In this document: positions 49,833 to 59,157 of the stretch, one piece after another
Layout: every line of letters begins with the position of its first letter
Numbering within the stretch: position 1 is the first letter of the stretch
IMG/VR virus record: IMGVR_UViG_3300028840_004913
Coordinates: 1-64,000 of that record
Source: a virus
DNA length: 64,000 nt
Reading direction: 5' to 3' (one strand)
Made by a program: the position numbers and the translations under genes
The notes under the pieces: model-generated
Seen by the model: the letters and a program-made list of their open reading frames with translations, nothing else
Told to the model about the DNA's origin: nothing
Databases searched by the model: none

Positions 49833-50765
49833 TTAATTTGATAGAATTATGAATCCCTGGTGCTCGTCAACAACTATCTTCCGAACAGCCTGGATCCTGC
49901 CGTTCCTTACTTCCGTTACGGTGAATCCGAGGGCGACGGGATCATACCCCGCCATTTCTGCATAGCCGCTTGAATGTTTTCTATCTTCATCATACTTAAC
50001 CGGCCGATACAGTTTTAAGAACGATCCGGTGTTTGCGTAATACCTTAATTCGTCTGGTATATAATCAACGTCACCATAATATTTTTCCGGATTCGTATAC
50101 CCCTGGATTATCTTCCCCCCACCGACATGCCTCATATAAAGCTCCTGGTGAGGAGTGTATACCTCAAGCTGGTGGGTATGGCCCATGCACATTAGCATGC
50201 AATTTGAAGCCTTTGCGGCGAGCTTCATCATTAGGGATATCTCCCTGTTTGCCTTGGCCCTCTTCCCGGGCTTAACCTTTGAGCTTATCGAACCCCATCC
50301 ATGCCCAACGAAATTTCTAAACATGACAGTACCGTGGACAGTCTTGAATGTCAAAACAGCCTGATATGTACCAAATTCGCCGCCGACTCTTTTCGCGTGC
50401 TCATATGTAGAATTTCCAAGAGGCCTCAACTTCCTGGTATTAGAATGATTTCCATCCATCCATACTAAAAACTTTTTAGCATATGGCCTGTGCATATTCT
50501 CGGATGCATCTACCATCCAATACATATCCTTTTCAGCGTCATGTACCCCTGGGTCAAACCTGTAATCGTCCATGTAAATACCCTCATGGATATCTCCGAC
50601 ATGAACAGCGACATTACGAGACGCCGGCAGCCCTCCCCATTCTGAGTCTAAAGCATTAAGGGCCATCATATACCCTCGCTCATACATCATGCTGTTTCCA
50701 AGGTGGTTATCCCCTATATGGAATAAATTAAAATCGTCTGGTAAAACAAAGTCAAGGTGCCTCAT
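49833..50765 (-). CDS. Calcineurin-like metallophosphoesterase
   Basis: DNH, GD, GNH, HG and GHTH motifs. Confidence 0.85.
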   Translation of the reverse strand: MRHLDFVLPDDFNLFHIGDNHLGNSMMYERGYMMALNALDSEWGGLPASRNVAVHVGDIHEGIYMDDYRFDPGVHDAEKDMYWMVDASENMHRPYAKKFLVWMDGNHSNTRKLRPLGNSTYEHAKRVGGEFGTYQAVLTFKTVHGTVMFRNFVGHGWGSISSKVKPGKRAKANREISLMMKLAAKASNCMLMCMGHTHQLEVYTPHQELYMRHVGGGKIIQGYTNPEKYYGDVDYIPDELRYYANTGSFLKLYRPVKYDEDRKHSSGYAEMAGYDPVALGFTVTEVRNGRIQAVRKIVVDEHQGFIILSN

Positions 50766-50767
50766 TT

Positions 50768-51103
50768 CTATACCCCTCTTTTCCTGGTTGATCCTTCACG
50801 ACAGTTTATGCACCGCACATAACCAGCATCCTCCTCCCTCAAAGGACCTGAGCACGCTACACATCTGCCCTCATTAACCATTTTCTGTTCATAGGCCTTT
50901 CTTATCCTATGGACTTTCCCCCCGGCACGGCGAATATAATCTTTTCGCCATTGGTTATTATATTCTAAGCAGGTTCTACACCGAACCCTACCATCTGCTG
51001 TACTCTCTTTCCCACATTGGACACAGACTCCGGCCGCACGGTATGCTGCGTATTTCATTTTAGTCTGATCCAAAAGGGACCTCCCTATCGGAAAGGTTTT
51101 CAA
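50768..51103 (-). CDS. Zn-finger protein
   Basis: Four CxxC pairs. Confidence 0.7.
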   Translation of the reverse strand: MKTFPIGRSLLDQTKMKYAAYRAAGVCVQCGKESTADGRVRCRTCLEYNNQWRKDYIRRAGGKVHRIRKAYEQKMVNEGRCVACSGPLREEDAGYVRCINCREGSTRKRGV

Positions 51104-52412
51104 ACTGTGCGAACCGTTTTAAAAACTTTAGCTTCGCAACGCCAAGAGGGCCATTCCGCTGTTTGCAAATTCCAAACTCGGTATAGCCCTCGAATGGTGA
51201 CTCATGTTCTTTATCGGAATAAACCTCTGGACGATAGAGGAATGAAATGACATCTGCATCCTGCTCGATATTGCCAGACTCCCTCAGGTCAGACATTCTC
51301 GGCCGTTTATCGTCTCGATTTTCAAGGTTACGGTTTAATTGGCTCAATACAACACTCGGTATATTCAACTCCTTGCTCATTTCCTTAAACGCCCTTGTCA
51401 TGGCGCCAAGGTCCTCGTTTCTATTGCTCTGACGTTTTGCTGTCCCACCGACAAGCTGTAGGTGGTCAATAATTATCAACTTGATCCCATGGGACCGCTT
51501 TAATTTTCTTGCCCGTCGACGTATCTCGTTATATGTAAGACCACCCTCATCGTCGATTATTATCGGGAGCCGCTTTAGGGGATCTTTGACAAATATGATT
51601 TTCTTCATATCCTCTTCGCTGAACATACCAGATCTAAATTTCTGCCCGTCTATACTTGCCTCAGCAGCCGTAAGCCTGTCAATCAATTGGCTTTTTGGCT
51701 GTTCAAGAGAGAATATTGCTACGGGAAGCTGTAGTCCAGCAGCGTGTCTCGCGATTCTTAAAGCCAATGCTGTCTTACCCATGGACGGTCTGGCAGCTAC
51801 AATTATCAAGTCTGCCGGTTGAAAGCCACAGGTAAGAAAGTCAAAATGCCTCAACCCCGTTGGGACCCCTGTGATATAACCTTCCCGGCCCTGGATCTCT
51901 TTCCAGTATTCAATCTGCTTGTCAAGAAGATGGCCAATTAACTCGGCATTTCCATCATTGCCTCCAGATGGATCTATCGCAGATATGGACTTTTGGATAT
52001 ACTCGATTGTCTCAACAGGATCATTCGACTGATCAAAACATCTTTTCATTCCAGCGTTACATAATTCTATCGCCCTCCTTAACGCTGACTTCTGTTTTAG
52101 TCTCTGTATTGTATATCGTATGTCAAGAAGGAATGTCTTATCAAGCAGATACGATAGATATGAGGCTCCTCCGGACTTCTCGATATTCCCATTATCTGAC
52201 AGGTCGCCGAACACGGTTGTCAAGTCAACAGGATCCCCGCAGAAATGAAGCCTCTGTGCTGTTTGGAATATTAGCTGGTTCTTTGTCGCATAAAAATCGC
52301 CAGGCTCCATCGAGTCCATAATCTCCTCGAGGGATTCGGTCGACCTAAACATTTCGCCAAGGATAGCCTCTTCTGATTCAACGTCACTCGGTTGTATTTG
52401 CAATTCAGTCAT
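51060..52412 (-). CDS. dnaB: Replicative DNA helicase
   Basis: AARPSMGKT, IDHLQL, LSQLNR, DLRESGNIEQDAD, KQRNG. Confidence 0.97.
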   Translation of the reverse strand: MTELQIQPSDVESEEAILGEMFRSTESLEEIMDSMEPGDFYATKNQLIFQTAQRLHFCGDPVDLTTVFGDLSDNGNIEKSGGASYLSYLLDKTFLLDIRYTIQRLKQKSALRRAIELCNAGMKRCFDQSNDPVETIEYIQKSISAIDPSGGNDGNAELIGHLLDKQIEYWKEIQGREGYITGVPTGLRHFDFLTCGFQPADLIIVAARPSMGKTALALRIARHAAGLQLPVAIFSLEQPKSQLIDRLTAAEASIDGQKFRSGMFSEEDMKKIIFVKDPLKRLPIIIDDEGGLTYNEIRRRARKLKRSHGIKLIIIDHLQLVGGTAKRQSNRNEDLGAMTRAFKEMSKELNIPSVVLSQLNRNLENRDDKRPRMSDLRESGNIEQDADVISFLYRPEVYSDKEHESPFEGYTEFGICKQRNGPLGVAKLKFLKRFAQFENLSDREVPFGSD

Positions 52413-53110
52413 GAATTATCTCCGGTCTGTTTGGCCCATTCCGTCTCGAATTCGGAAAGTTGTCTGTTCATTTCCTCTACCTGCTCAGCGTATAGCTGGT
52501 CGTCGCTCTTTCTGAAAAACTTTGGATGGTAATCCTTTTGGCGTTTTATCCATGTCCTCCAGGTCGCCAGGAAATTAGCTCGCTTTACACCCTGGTCCTC
52601 GTGCCAATCACAAAAGCCATCGTAAACCTCACGATAACCCCAAAGCATACCGAGCTCCTTTGCGACCTCGATAAATTTTGGAAAAATCTTACGGTCCTTT
52701 TCGTCCCTGATCAAAAGCATGCACGACGGGATATATTTTTTTACTCCAGACCGATTCCCGCAAACGATTTCTTTGTAACCAAAAAACCCATCGTCTTTTT
52801 TTTCAGATTCCGGCTGCACCTTGTTTTTATTTTTATTATTATATAGTAATACCGGCTCCAATTCAAAAGCACCCCTTACAGAGGGGTAAGCCTTTCCTTT
52901 TATTACAGATATTTTATCTTGTGTTTGGAATGATTCAATACCACAATTAGAGGTTAATGTGAACCCATACTGGCTGGTCTTTTTTACATTTATTAATAAT
53001 GATCCCAGGCAGATAGTAACCTCTTCATCGTAAGGAAAAGCCTCTGTAGCCAGACCCCCACCCTGGCTCGCATCGAGAATCAACTGAACCATTTTACCAT
53101 TAGCACCCAT
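52409..53110 (-). CDS. Putative replication initiation protein
   Basis: Upstream of dnaB; C-terminal F.DW...ATWRTW motif. Confidence 0.45.
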   Translation of the reverse strand: MGANGKMVQLILDASQGGGLATEAFPYDEEVTICLGSLLINVKKTSQYGFTLTSNCGIESFQTQDKISVIKGKAYPSVRGAFELEPVLLYNNKNKNKVQPESEKKDDGFFGYKEIVCGNRSGVKKYIPSCMLLIRDEKDRKIFPKFIEVAKELGMLWGYREVYDGFCDWHEDQGVKRANFLATWRTWIKRQKDYHPKFFRKSDDQLYAEQVEEMNRQLSEFETEWAKQTGDNS

Positions 53111-53562
53111 TATAACCCCCCGTTTTCTAAGGTTTTTGTTAAATCAAAATCATTTACATCGTCGACTTCATTCGGAAGCGGGATCCAAATATTCCACTCC
53201 GTACTGGCCCAATGACGAATGGCCGCGAGGTAGTCCTCCATTTGTGATGTATTAAGGACAGTCGTCGATAAGGTTATCGGCAAACCAGGGACGGGCTCTA
53301 TAGTTAAAAACATACTGGCCATGGTTGAATGCATATCGTCGACTGAGTACCCAAAATAATTACACAGGTACTTCCTTAGAACGACTCCACGATAGTATGC
53401 GTTCTGTTCATTCGACCTTATCGTTTTTTTCGTCGCCTTCTCAAGAGAAACGAATACTCTATCACCAGGCTTAAATTGAGCCTTGTGCTTAGAGTATAGG
53501 TCTGGACGGTCAAGCCTCGGATGGCCCTGGTCGTCGATCGTTGCTGAAAATTTAATTCCCAT
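53110..53562 (-). CDS. NinB-like protein, probably leaderless
   Basis: RSNEQNAYY and STTVLNTSQMEDYL; ATG 6 nt after the -10. Confidence 0.75.
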   Translation of the reverse strand: MGIKFSATIDDQGHPRLDRPDLYSKHKAQFKPGDRVFVSLEKATKKTIRSNEQNAYYRGVVLRKYLCNYFGYSVDDMHSTMASMFLTIEPVPGLPITLSTTVLNTSQMEDYLAAIRHWASTEWNIWIPLPNEVDDVNDFDLTKTLENGGL

Positions 53563-53860
53563 TTTTAAATGATACCACAACTTTGTCGATAATGGTGCAT
53601 GGATCGTCAGACAAATACAAAAAGGCCAGGTGCTCAGCGATAGCGTCCTCCTCATCCTCCCTTATCGGGCGCCCGAGCGAGATTTCTATCCGCTCCAAAA
53701 GCATCAAGGCCAGCATCCGGCGAAAATATTTTTCTTTTGCGCTTCTTAGGTTTCTCTTCGCTATGTCATATGATATCCCGAGGTCCTCAGCTATCTCATT
53801 CACAGGTACAAGCTCTTCTGACTCCGGTTTTTTTCCTGGTTTTGATCCTGGTACAATCAT
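53552..53860 (-). CDS. HTH protein (sigma region-4-like)
   Basis: VNEIAEDLGISYDIAKRNLRSAKEK. Confidence 0.65.
   Translation of the reverse strand: MIVPGSKPGKKPESEELVPVNEIAEDLGISYDIAKRNLRSAKEKYFRRMLALMLLERIEISLGRPIREDEEDAIAEHLAFLYLSDDPCTIIDKVVVSFKNGN
53569..53599 (-). promoter_or_regulatory. TGCACCATT-box promoter inside the upstream gene
   Basis: TGCACCATT-N13-TGg-TATCAT-N6-ATG(53562). Confidence 0.8.
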
Positions 53861-54057
53861 TTTAACCCCCCTGCTTTATATGAGTTTTTTATCGTTTCGT
53901 GACCTGAGTTGATCATGGCGGCCGTGCATGTGAATAATATTGTCAAAATGATCCATGCGATTAAGACTGATCTGATCTTCATTTTTCTCATTATAAATTC
54001 CCCTTGTTGATATTAATTTTGGTGGGGGGAGCTACCGGTGCTCCCCCCGGGTTAGGT

Positions 54058-54336
54058 TTAGTCGGTTACGACGAATGATTCACCGTTCATTGTGATCGTC
54101 CTGAGGGTATCCAGGTTAATACTCCGGAACCCACCAACCTGCATGTCAAATACGCGCATGACAGGAACATCCAGACCAACGGATTTGCCGGTGAATTTGA
54201 CGCCCTTCTTGACACCAAGGCGGCAATTCATTTCGCGAAGGGATCCGTCCTTCTTGATAAAGGTTACGGTGAATACTCGGCCATTGCTGGCGCGAAGCTG
54301 GTTGACGACGTTTACTCTGTGAATTGCTTTTTTCAT
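54058..54336 (-). CDS. WYL_2/SH3-like phage protein
   Basis: VTFIKKDGSLREM...VFD....FRSI. Confidence 0.7.
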   Translation of the reverse strand: MKKAIHRVNVVNQLRASNGRVFTVTFIKKDGSLREMNCRLGVKKGVKFTGKSVGLDVPVMRVFDMQVGGFRSINLDTLRTITMNGESFVVTD

Positions 54337-54338
54337 GT

Positions 54339-54542
54339 TTAGATCTCCCTTTTAGTTTTGATCAACCGAATGTGATCGTGTTTGATATCGCTGACAAACA
54401 TTGCAGCCTTAGCCATACTAAAAAATCCGAATGATGCGAAATGATCTTTACTCTCTACTGTTACAATTATCATCCCGCTGTCTAACTTATTTACCTGAGC
54501 CCTGAGGCCGTTCTTAAATGTTTCATCGAATGTCATTTTCAT
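54339..54542 (-). CDS. Hypothetical early protein
   Basis: GGAGG RBS after a sigma28-like promoter. Confidence 0.7.
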   Translation of the reverse strand: MKMTFDETFKNGLRAQVNKLDSGMIIVTVESKDHFASFGFFSMAKAAMFVSDIKHDHIRLIKTKREI

Positions 54543-54567
54543 GTTTTTTCCTCCGCTGTTGTATACT

Positions 54568-54594
54568 ATATCGGCAGATTCTAAAATAACTTTA
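54568..54594 (-). promoter_or_regulatory. Sigma28-type promoter
   Basis: TAAA-gttattttagaatct-GCCGATAT. Confidence 0.8.
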
Positions 54595-54673
54595 GCTCTT
54601 TTTTTACATTAATGAAAATAAAATTGCAACCCCACCCCAGGCAAAAAGAATTAAAATTAAGAAGCCAATTAAA

Positions 54674-54931
54674 TTATTTGATTTTCTCGATCTCAAGATC
54701 CGTCCTCCCGCAAATTGAACATGTCAAATTCAATGTGTTAATGTCATTATGTAGGCATTTAAAATTATCTGCTCCCACAATGACACGCCTCGCACGATTG
54801 CCTCTTCCCCGTGTAACGAGCTCAAACTTTCCCTTATCCTTACCCGTCTTGATTAGCCTGGCAGCGTATGCCGGCCGCCATCCGTCACCGTAAAACGTCC
54901 CTACTACTGTTCTCAGGTCCTCAGTCGTCAT
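54674..54931 (-). CDS. Hypothetical protein
   Basis: ATG 54931 with RBS; C-terminal CSIC. Confidence 0.55.
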   Translation of the reverse strand: MTTEDLRTVVGTFYGDGWRPAYAARLIKTGKDKGKFELVTRGRGNRARRVIVGADNFKCLHNDINTLNLTCSICGRTDLEIEKIK

Positions 54932-55073
54932 TTCCCTTAACTCGTGGGCTCTGTTCTGGATGTTCTTTTTCAACGTGGTCCTCCAATTCGTCGCATGTGA
55001 ATCCCTTTTTAAACGGAGTGCAAAAGGGGCATTGGTATTTGCCGGCGACATGTTTATATCTTTGTTTTGCCAT
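54921..55073 (-). CDS. C2H2 Zn-finger microprotein
   Basis: CPFC...F....L..H....H. Confidence 0.6.
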   Translation of the reverse strand: MAKQRYKHVAGKYQCPFCTPFKKGFTCDELEDHVEKEHPEQSPRVKGNDD

Positions 55074-55278
55074 TGCAAAATCTCCATATCTCGAGAGTGT
55101 TATATCCGCAATCAAAGCAATGGGTTATCGAATCGTCCTCTTCGACCTTTACCCAGGTATTTTCGCTTGAGCAATCTAAGCACGGCTCAGGTATAGACCG
55201 CATCCACTCGACCTCACATTCGTCACAGCAAAAAATATCGTGTAAATTTATTGGGTTAAAGCAATTAAGACAGAACAT
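55054..55278 (-). CDS. Cys-rich microprotein
   Basis: GGAGG RBS; multiple CxxC. Confidence 0.6.
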   Translation of the reverse strand: MFCLNCFNPINLHDIFCCDECEVEWMRSIPEPCLDCSSENTWVKVEEDDSITHCFDCGYNTLEIWRFCNGKTKI

Positions 55279-55326
55279 TTAAAACCTCCAATGGGGGAGC
55301 CGAAGCTCCCCCCGTAAGCCTTTGAT

Positions 55327-56340
55327 TTATTTTCCGATCAGGGCCTTGGCTGCTGCGAACGCCTTGGCTTTCATGGACCGGCCGGCACCAGACACGGCGG
55401 CCTTAAACCGGTTATTGATCGATCGAGCAGGTTTCTCGTGATCGATATACTCGGTAACCGCATTCAGGGCACCCCACAGGGTACGGTATGAGGTTTTGAG
55501 CTCGGCGCCACGGCCATCAAGGAAGCCCTGCATAATTTTAAGGAAGGCTTTCTTTTTTGCATTCGGGCGCTCTTTCCAGGTTTTCTTGAGCTCTTCGGCG
55601 TCGAATACGATCTCAGCGAAAAACTTGAATGCCTCGGTGGTCGGCATGGTATGCTTTACCATTTCCTGGCACAGTCTGGAGAATTCAAGCCAACCGAGCT
55701 CGATAAGGCCTGCTTCCAATTTGACCTGGGCGGCATCAAACTTTTCGGTATGCGGGACCTTTATCACAGTCGGACCCTCTTCTCCGTTCTCTGAGGCGGC
55801 AATCGCAAACTCCAATGTGTTATTGCAAACAACGCGAATTGACGTAAACATAAGGGTGGTAGCCAGCGACGTATCATAGCTCGTCATGAGCAAGACATAG
55901 GGATAGACCTCATCACCGTCTCCCAGGTCGACACAGTCGCCGACTTCGGCCAGAGCCCAAACACGCTTTCCGTCGTCCAAGGATCCAGCGGTATGGATAC
56001 GGAAGCCGTGAAGCTCGATAAGATCGCGATAGAATTCAAGGATCTCGTGCGGCTGGACAACGTTATATCCTTCGGATACTATTGATAGGGGTGAGAAATT
56101 ATCTGTCCGGAAAAGGACCTTCCGAGTAGGCATGTCAGCCTCGATCTTCGCGTCGCGAAAACCACCGGCTATTTCGTATTTGACGATTGACTCCATAACC
56201 CGCCAATCTAAATGAGCTTTCTTTTCCCACTCCTCGATAGTTGCATTGGGGTCTACCTGTTGTCCAAGTCCATGCCAAGGTTTGTCGCCAACATAAGCCA
56301 TGCTGTGTTCGCCGTTGATTTCGTAAACTTTGTGACTCAT
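55327..56340 (-). CDS. DUF932-family protein
   Basis: PWHGLG, TAGSL..GKRVW, TSIRVVCNNTL, WGALNAVTEYIDH. Confidence 0.9.
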   Translation of the reverse strand: MSHKVYEINGEHSMAYVGDKPWHGLGQQVDPNATIEEWEKKAHLDWRVMESIVKYEIAGGFRDAKIEADMPTRKVLFRTDNFSPLSIVSEGYNVVQPHEILEFYRDLIELHGFRIHTAGSLDDGKRVWALAEVGDCVDLGDGDEVYPYVLLMTSYDTSLATTLMFTSIRVVCNNTLEFAIAASENGEEGPTVIKVPHTEKFDAAQVKLEAGLIELGWLEFSRLCQEMVKHTMPTTEAFKFFAEIVFDAEELKKTWKERPNAKKKAFLKIMQGFLDGRGAELKTSYRTLWGALNAVTEYIDHEKPARSINNRFKAAVSGAGRSMKAKAFAAAKALIGK

Positions 56341-56395
56341 AATTTTTCTCCTTTGTTGATTGTTTTTGTTGGTATTTCTCTGACTCTACTATTTA

Positions 56396-56422
56396 TTATC
56401 GGCAATGTCAATATAAACTTTA
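56396..56422 (-). promoter_or_regulatory. Sigma28-type promoter with nested sigma70 promoter
   Basis: TAAA-gtttatattgacatt-GCCGATAA; TTGACA-N17-TAGAGT. Confidence 0.85.
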
Positions 56423-56471
56423 GCTTTTTTTTATTTTTTTTTGGCGGCCCGGGGAGGCACCGCCAATCTGG

Positions 56472-56690
56472 TCAGATGTCATTCCTCAACTTCGTGATTG
56501 TGGCCATTAGATCTTGAGCTTGCAGGGCGGCAACCCTAAGGTCACCAGCGGCATCGTCATTCATTACCATAACTCTGAATTGGCCCAGGGTATCTTCGAC
56601 CGCGAACATTTGCTTTTCAAGAATTCTTGCCAAAGATTTGTTGCACTCATTAACACCCTCGCTGAAAGCGTCCATCGATTTACTTGCCAT
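56472..56690 (-). CDS. Hypothetical protein
   Basis: GGAGG RBS. Confidence 0.7.
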   Translation of the reverse strand: MASKSMDAFSEGVNECNKSLARILEKQMFAVEDTLGQFRVMVMNDDAAGDLRVAALQAQDLMATITKLRNDI

Positions 56691-56708
56691 TTTTACCTCC
56701 CTCAGTTT

Positions 56709-56903
56709 TTAATTAATTTCGTTACCGTTATCATCTTCCATCCTGAGATACCCACCACAACTGACGAGATCTTGATAATAAGGATCAAATGAATTATGCG
56801 AGGTCAATTCTTCGAAGCGAGCAATACATTCGTCTTTTGTATCATACTCCTCTATCGCGTTTGCCCCATTATCATTTGTCTGTTCTATTATTTTGTATTT
56901 CAT
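56709..56903 (-). CDS. Hypothetical acidic protein
   Basis: GAGG RBS after promoter. Confidence 0.7.
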   Translation of the reverse strand: MKYKIIEQTNDNGANAIEEYDTKDECIARFEELTSHNSFDPYYQDLVSCGGYLRMEDDNGNEIN

Positions 56904-56946
56904 TTTGGCCTCGTTTTTGTGATGATTCCGTATCGTACTATGAATA

Positions 56947-56973
56947 TTATCGGCATGTCAAGAATAAACTTTA
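56947..56973 (-). promoter_or_regulatory. Sigma28-type promoter with nested TTGACA
   Basis: TAAA-gtttattcttgacat-GCCGATAA; TTGACA-N18-TACGAT. Confidence 0.85.
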
Positions 56974-56991
56974 GCTTTTTTTTATTTTTTT

Positions 56992-57495
56992 TTACATTAT
57001 TTTTTGGCGAAGCTTGTCAGCGATCTCAAGCTTCCGTTTTATTTCGTTTTTCAAGCGCACCCTCTCTTCATTAAGCCTATCTATATCTGAGCTCAAATCA
57101 TAATATAGCTTTTCTCCAGGGCTCATATCGTCTGTCTGTATCAAAAAGGTTCCATAATAACTGCTTTCTGAAACCCTGACAGGGCGACCCTCAAGTAGCT
57201 TCGACCCCCTGTAAAAACAAGCTTCTCGAGACATATCGACATTTGTGTCGCGAACAATAACTTTTACTTTTGCTCTTTTGCGAGGATATTCATTTTGCCT
57301 TTCTATGCGTTCGAATGTCAGGGCATACGTTGCCTTAGGCGCCAGGTTAAGGGCGATTTCATCAAGGAATCCCTCGTGGTATCCAAGGTTTTTTATTGAC
57401 CTGCCCTCGACATCACCCTCGGTATGTACTTTCCAATAGCCAAATGCCGGATGATCTTCTTTTTTATTCATGATGCCTCCCCTCAATATAATCAC
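56992..57495 (-). CDS. Hypothetical phage protein
   Basis: WKVHTEGDVEGRS..LGYHEG; real start probably MNKK. Confidence 0.7.
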   Translation of the reverse strand: MIILRGGIMNKKEDHPAFGYWKVHTEGDVEGRSIKNLGYHEGFLDEIALNLAPKATYALTFERIERQNEYPRKRAKVKVIVRDTNVDMSREACFYRGSKLLEGRPVRVSESSYYGTFLIQTDDMSPGEKLYYDLSSDIDRLNEERVRLKNEIKRKLEIADKLRQKIM

Positions 57496-57817
57496 CTGAA
57501 ATTAAAATAAATTCTACCCTTAGAATATCCTTAATTTTAACATCGCCAAGGGCCTTTATGGCGTCGACAAGCAGCCTCGATATTCTCCTGGCTACCATTT
57601 CGGACCCTGGCATCTGATACATTTCCCACCATTCACGGTGGAATTTCGTCCTCGCTAACCGGTCAATAACGGCGTCGCCCCTTCCCTCGTACGCCATTCT
57701 TATTGATCGCTTCCGCAAAAAATTTGGCTCAGTATCGGCGCAACCAAACCGACTGCTTTTCCTGATGTAATTTTCAAGGGCATCCAATTTTTTCGCAAAT
57801 TTTAATACTCTGTCCAT
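57464..57817 (-). CDS. Hypothetical protein
   Basis: ORF with RBS. Confidence 0.65.
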   Translation of the reverse strand: MDRVLKFAKKLDALENYIRKSSRFGCADTEPNFLRKRSIRMAYEGRGDAVIDRLARTKFHREWWEMYQMPGSEMVARRISRLLVDAIKALGDVKIKDILRVEFILISGDYIEGRHHE

Positions 57818-57844
57818 TTCAATAATCCTTTCTGTTGTTATTTT

Positions 57845-58024
57845 TTATTGACCCCAAATGCCGACATCCTCATTACTCAACTCGTCCGGATCAAGAAACT
57901 CTGGATATTCAGCAAGGTTGTCCTGGTTGAATAGCCGTTCCTTTTCCCGAGCCTCTTCAATATATTTCGTATACTCCTTTACCGCATGTTTTTGCCATCC
58001 CTGGCGCTGTCCTTTTGCTGGCAT
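57845..58024 (-). CDS. Hypothetical protein
   Basis: ATG 58024 after GGGGG. Confidence 0.6.
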   Translation of the reverse strand: MPAKGQRQGWQKHAVKEYTKYIEEAREKERLFNQDNLAEYPEFLDPDELSNEDVGIWGQ

Positions 58025-58025
58025 G

Positions 58026-58166
58026 TCATTCCCCCTTTTCAATTTCAAAGTATTCACCGCATTCGTCACATTGCTCGGCGCCCAACGGTACCTCAGTCTC
58101 ATTATCGCATCCGCAATTCGGGCACTCCCATTCCCACCTGTAAGCGTAAGCTGTTGCTTTTTCCAT
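58026..58166 (-). CDS. 46-aa Zn-ribbon microprotein (not in ORF track)
   Basis: MEKATAYAYRWEWECPNCG...QCDECGEYFEIEKGE. Confidence 0.65.
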   Translation of the reverse strand: MEKATAYAYRWEWECPNCGCDNETEVPLGAEQCDECGEYFEIEKGE

Positions 58167-58337
58167 TTATTTAGTCCTTTCGTATTTCCTGCCGATTATA
58201 AATGCACAAACGATAGCTGAGAATATTAGAACCGGCGCAGGGTTTTCGATAAAGTCCTGTACCCAATGAATAATAACAAATCCCAAAAATAGAAAACCAA
58301 GAATACCACCGATTATTTCTAAAATTTTATCCCACAT
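58167..58337 (-). CDS. 56-aa two-TM microprotein (not in ORF track)
   Basis: MWDKILEIIGGILGFLFLGFVIIH...VLIFSAIVCAFIIGRK. Confidence 0.6.
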   Translation of the reverse strand: MWDKILEIIGGILGFLFLGFVIIHWVQDFIENPAPVLIFSAIVCAFIIGRKYERTK

Positions 58338-58538
58338 TATTGATCCCCCTAATCAAAGTAAAGTCTGGTTATAAGTTTTTCAGATCTGTCCAGGTCGCGG
58401 ATATCGCCGGTCCTCAAATACTGTTTATATGCTCGGCGGCACGCCCTCTTGTGGCGGGTTACGGCGTCCTGGACTTCTTCTTTGCTCCATATGGTAAATT
58501 TCGGTTTATAATCTTTTATGACATTGTATCCGGCCATT

Positions 58539-58913
58539 TTATTTTCCCTCAAAAAATTCTTTGGTGTATTCATCGATCTTTTCAAAAGAAAGACCCTGCT
58601 TCCAGAAAAAATGCTCGACGTCCTGCTTGAATTCCATATCGACGTCCTCGGCATCCATCAGCCACCGGATAGCCGTCTTTCTATCAGGGGCACCAATACT
58701 GATTGTGTATTCGATCATTTCCTCGAATACCCGAAGGCTTTCGGCCTGATTGACGGCCTCTAAAGCCATATTTGCCTTGGTGAGGTCACAGAGATATTCG
58801 ATCTCAATATCGAGATCTTCCTGCGTCCACCATTCTTTATAATGGCCACGAGGACGGAAACCGTGGGCGTCTTTGAAGAGATCTGAAAGGCATGTTTCTG
58901 AAATGTGTATCAT
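58539..58913 (-). CDS. Conserved phage hypothetical protein
   Basis: SDLFKDAHGFRPRG motif; GGAGG RBS. Confidence 0.75.
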   Translation of the reverse strand: MIHISETCLSDLFKDAHGFRPRGHYKEWWTQEDLDIEIEYLCDLTKANMALEAVNQAESLRVFEEMIEYTISIGAPDRKTAIRWLMDAEDVDMEFKQDVEHFFWKQGLSFEKIDEYTKEFFEGK

Positions 58914-58957
58914 TTTTACCTCCTGAAAAGTTGTTGTTTTCCCCTTACTATACCATA

Positions 58958-58984
58958 GTATCGGCACATGTCAAGAATACTTTA
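58958..58984 (-). promoter_or_regulatory. Sigma28-type promoter with nested sigma70 promoter
   Basis: TAAA-gtattcttgacatgt-GCCGATAC; TTGACA-N16-TATAGT with extended TG. Confidence 0.85.
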
Positions 58985-59157
58985 GGACTTTTTTTAATTT
59001 TTTTTCAAGGGCAAATAATTCAGAGGCTGCGTTGTGGCCATGGAGCCCTATCTCTATGTGCTCCTCTGTCAGATCTCTGAATTTACTTGTTACCTCTATA
59101 ATAGATTCCCTGGCCTGCTCAAGTATTTCTATGTCCCTTTTTAAAAGGGCCTTTATT

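Noticed and set aside
58172-58198. Plus-strand GCCGATTA as a further sigma28 site
   Set aside because: No TAAA 15 nt upstream, and it lies inside an ORF
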